Of a stretch of DNA of 37,387 bases, positions 36,723-37,387 are shown in pieces (position 1 is the first letter of the stretch; the number at the start of each line of letters is the position of its first letter). Origin of the DNA: a virus (lineage: Duplodnaviria; Heunggongvirae; Uroviricota; Caudoviricetes). The stretch lies in the IMG/VR virus record IMGVR_UViG_2563366935_000005; one strand, written 5' to 3'. The translations under genes and the position numbers were made by a program. The notes beneath the pieces are model-generated. The model saw only the letters and a list, made by a program, of their open reading frames with translations. It did not search any database and had not been told where the DNA came from.

Positions 36723-37100
36723 GTGAAACATAAACAACGTTGGGCGGGGGCAATCTGCTGTTTTGTCCTCTTCATTGTGGTGTGTCTTTTTCTGGCGACG
36801 CACATGAAAGGCGCTTTTCGGGCTGCCGGGCATCCTGAAATCGGTTTGCTATTTTTCATTCTTCCTGGTGCAGTTGCCAGCTTCTTTTCACATCGTAGAG
36901 AAGTCCTGAAACCTCTGTTTGGCGCAATGCTGGCGGCACCCTGTTCGATGCTCATTATGCGGCTGTTTTTTTCACCGACGCGCTCATTCTGGCAAGAGCT
37001 GGCATGGTTATTAAGTGCGGTGTTCTGGTGTGCGCTGGGGGCATTGTGTTTCTTATTTATCAGTAGTTTGTTTAAACCACAGCACAGAAAAAATCAATAA
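36723..37100 (+). CDS. ybjM: Inner membrane protein YbjM, 125 aa
   Basis: GTG start with AGGAGG RBS; hydrophobic 125-aa protein at the ybjL/grxA neighbourhood as in E. coli. Confidence 0.8.
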   Translation: MKHKQRWAGAICCFVLFIVVCLFLATHMKGAFRAAGHPEIGLLFFILPGAVASFFSHRREVLKPLFGAMLAAPCSMLIMRLFFSPTRSFWQELAWLLSAVFWCALGALCFLFISSLFKPQHRKNQ

Positions 37101-37120
37101 AGCCCTCAACGCGAGGGCTT
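37100..37120. terminator. Bidirectional terminator between ybjM and grxA
   Basis: Hairpin aagccctc-aacg-cgagggctt between two convergent genes. Confidence 0.6.
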
Positions 37121-37129
37121 GTCAGACGA

Positions 37130-37387
37130 TCAGGCGTCCAGATTCTCTTTCGCCCATGCAGCAAAATCGGTATAGCCGCCGATATGTTGCTGATCGACAA
37201 AAATCTGCGGCACGGTTTCTACGGGTTTACCTGCCTTTTGTTGTAGATCTTCTTTAGTGATCCCTTCCGCACGAATATCTACATACTGATACTGGAAATC
37301 ATCGCGTTCATTGCTCAATTTCTCAGCCAGATCTTTTGCACGCACACAGTAAGGGCAACCCGGACGACCAAAAATAACGGTTTGCAT
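37130..37387 (-). CDS. grxA: Glutaredoxin 1, 85 aa
   Basis: CPYC active site (MQTVIFGRPGCPYCVRAKDL...); near-identical to E. coli GrxA with a few substitutions; complete ORF with ATG at the window end. Confidence 0.9.
   Translation of the reverse strand: MQTVIFGRPGCPYCVRAKDLAEKLSNERDDFQYQYVDIRAEGITKEDLQQKAGKPVETVPQIFVDQQHIGGYTDFAAWAKENLDA

Noticed and set aside
1-37387. CRISPR arrays, insertion-sequence transposases, rRNA genes
   Set aside because: No short regularly spaced direct repeats, no transposase-like ORFs with terminal inverted repeats, and no rRNA-like sequence were seen.

Overview
Almost the whole window is one P2/186-like temperate prophage of about 34.5 kb, running from the integrase at the left edge to ogr at about 34.5 kb, followed by host genes ybjL, ybjM and grxA (Escherichia-type). 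All family assignments are from reading the translations by eye and from memory of P2/186 biology; no database search was run. Gene order is the canonical prophage order: int, CI-type repressor, a divergent lytic operon (Apl/Cox-like, CII-like, small proteins, TraR/DksA zinc finger, Dam methyltransferase, rolling-circle initiator A), a LexA-box-controlled Tum/DinI-like module, then a putative cos region, then Q P / O N M L X, the lysis cassette, R S, V W J I H G, FI FII E/E' T U D and ogr. A 21-bp direct repeat (19/21 identical) sits at both prophage ends (21-41 and 34535-34555) and is the likely att core. Three AT-rich cargo insertions are the main candidates for an undescribed system: (i) a translationally coupled pair, a 399-aa soluble protein plus a 178-aa four-helix membrane protein (8005-9742), at the position where P2 carries tin/old; (ii) a 344-aa protein with a DUF4062-like N-terminus (10052-11086) between the putative cos and the portal gene; (iii) a 429-aa P-loop NTPase on the opposite strand between S and V (19920-21209). 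I could not assign any of the three to a named defence family. Other notable features are a Hin/Gin-type invertase with a ~1.84 kb invertible tail-fibre segment, a small cysteine-rich exported peptide between cI and int, the conserved E/E' -1 frameshift site, and three TGT-N12-ACA Ogr-type late-promoter boxes.
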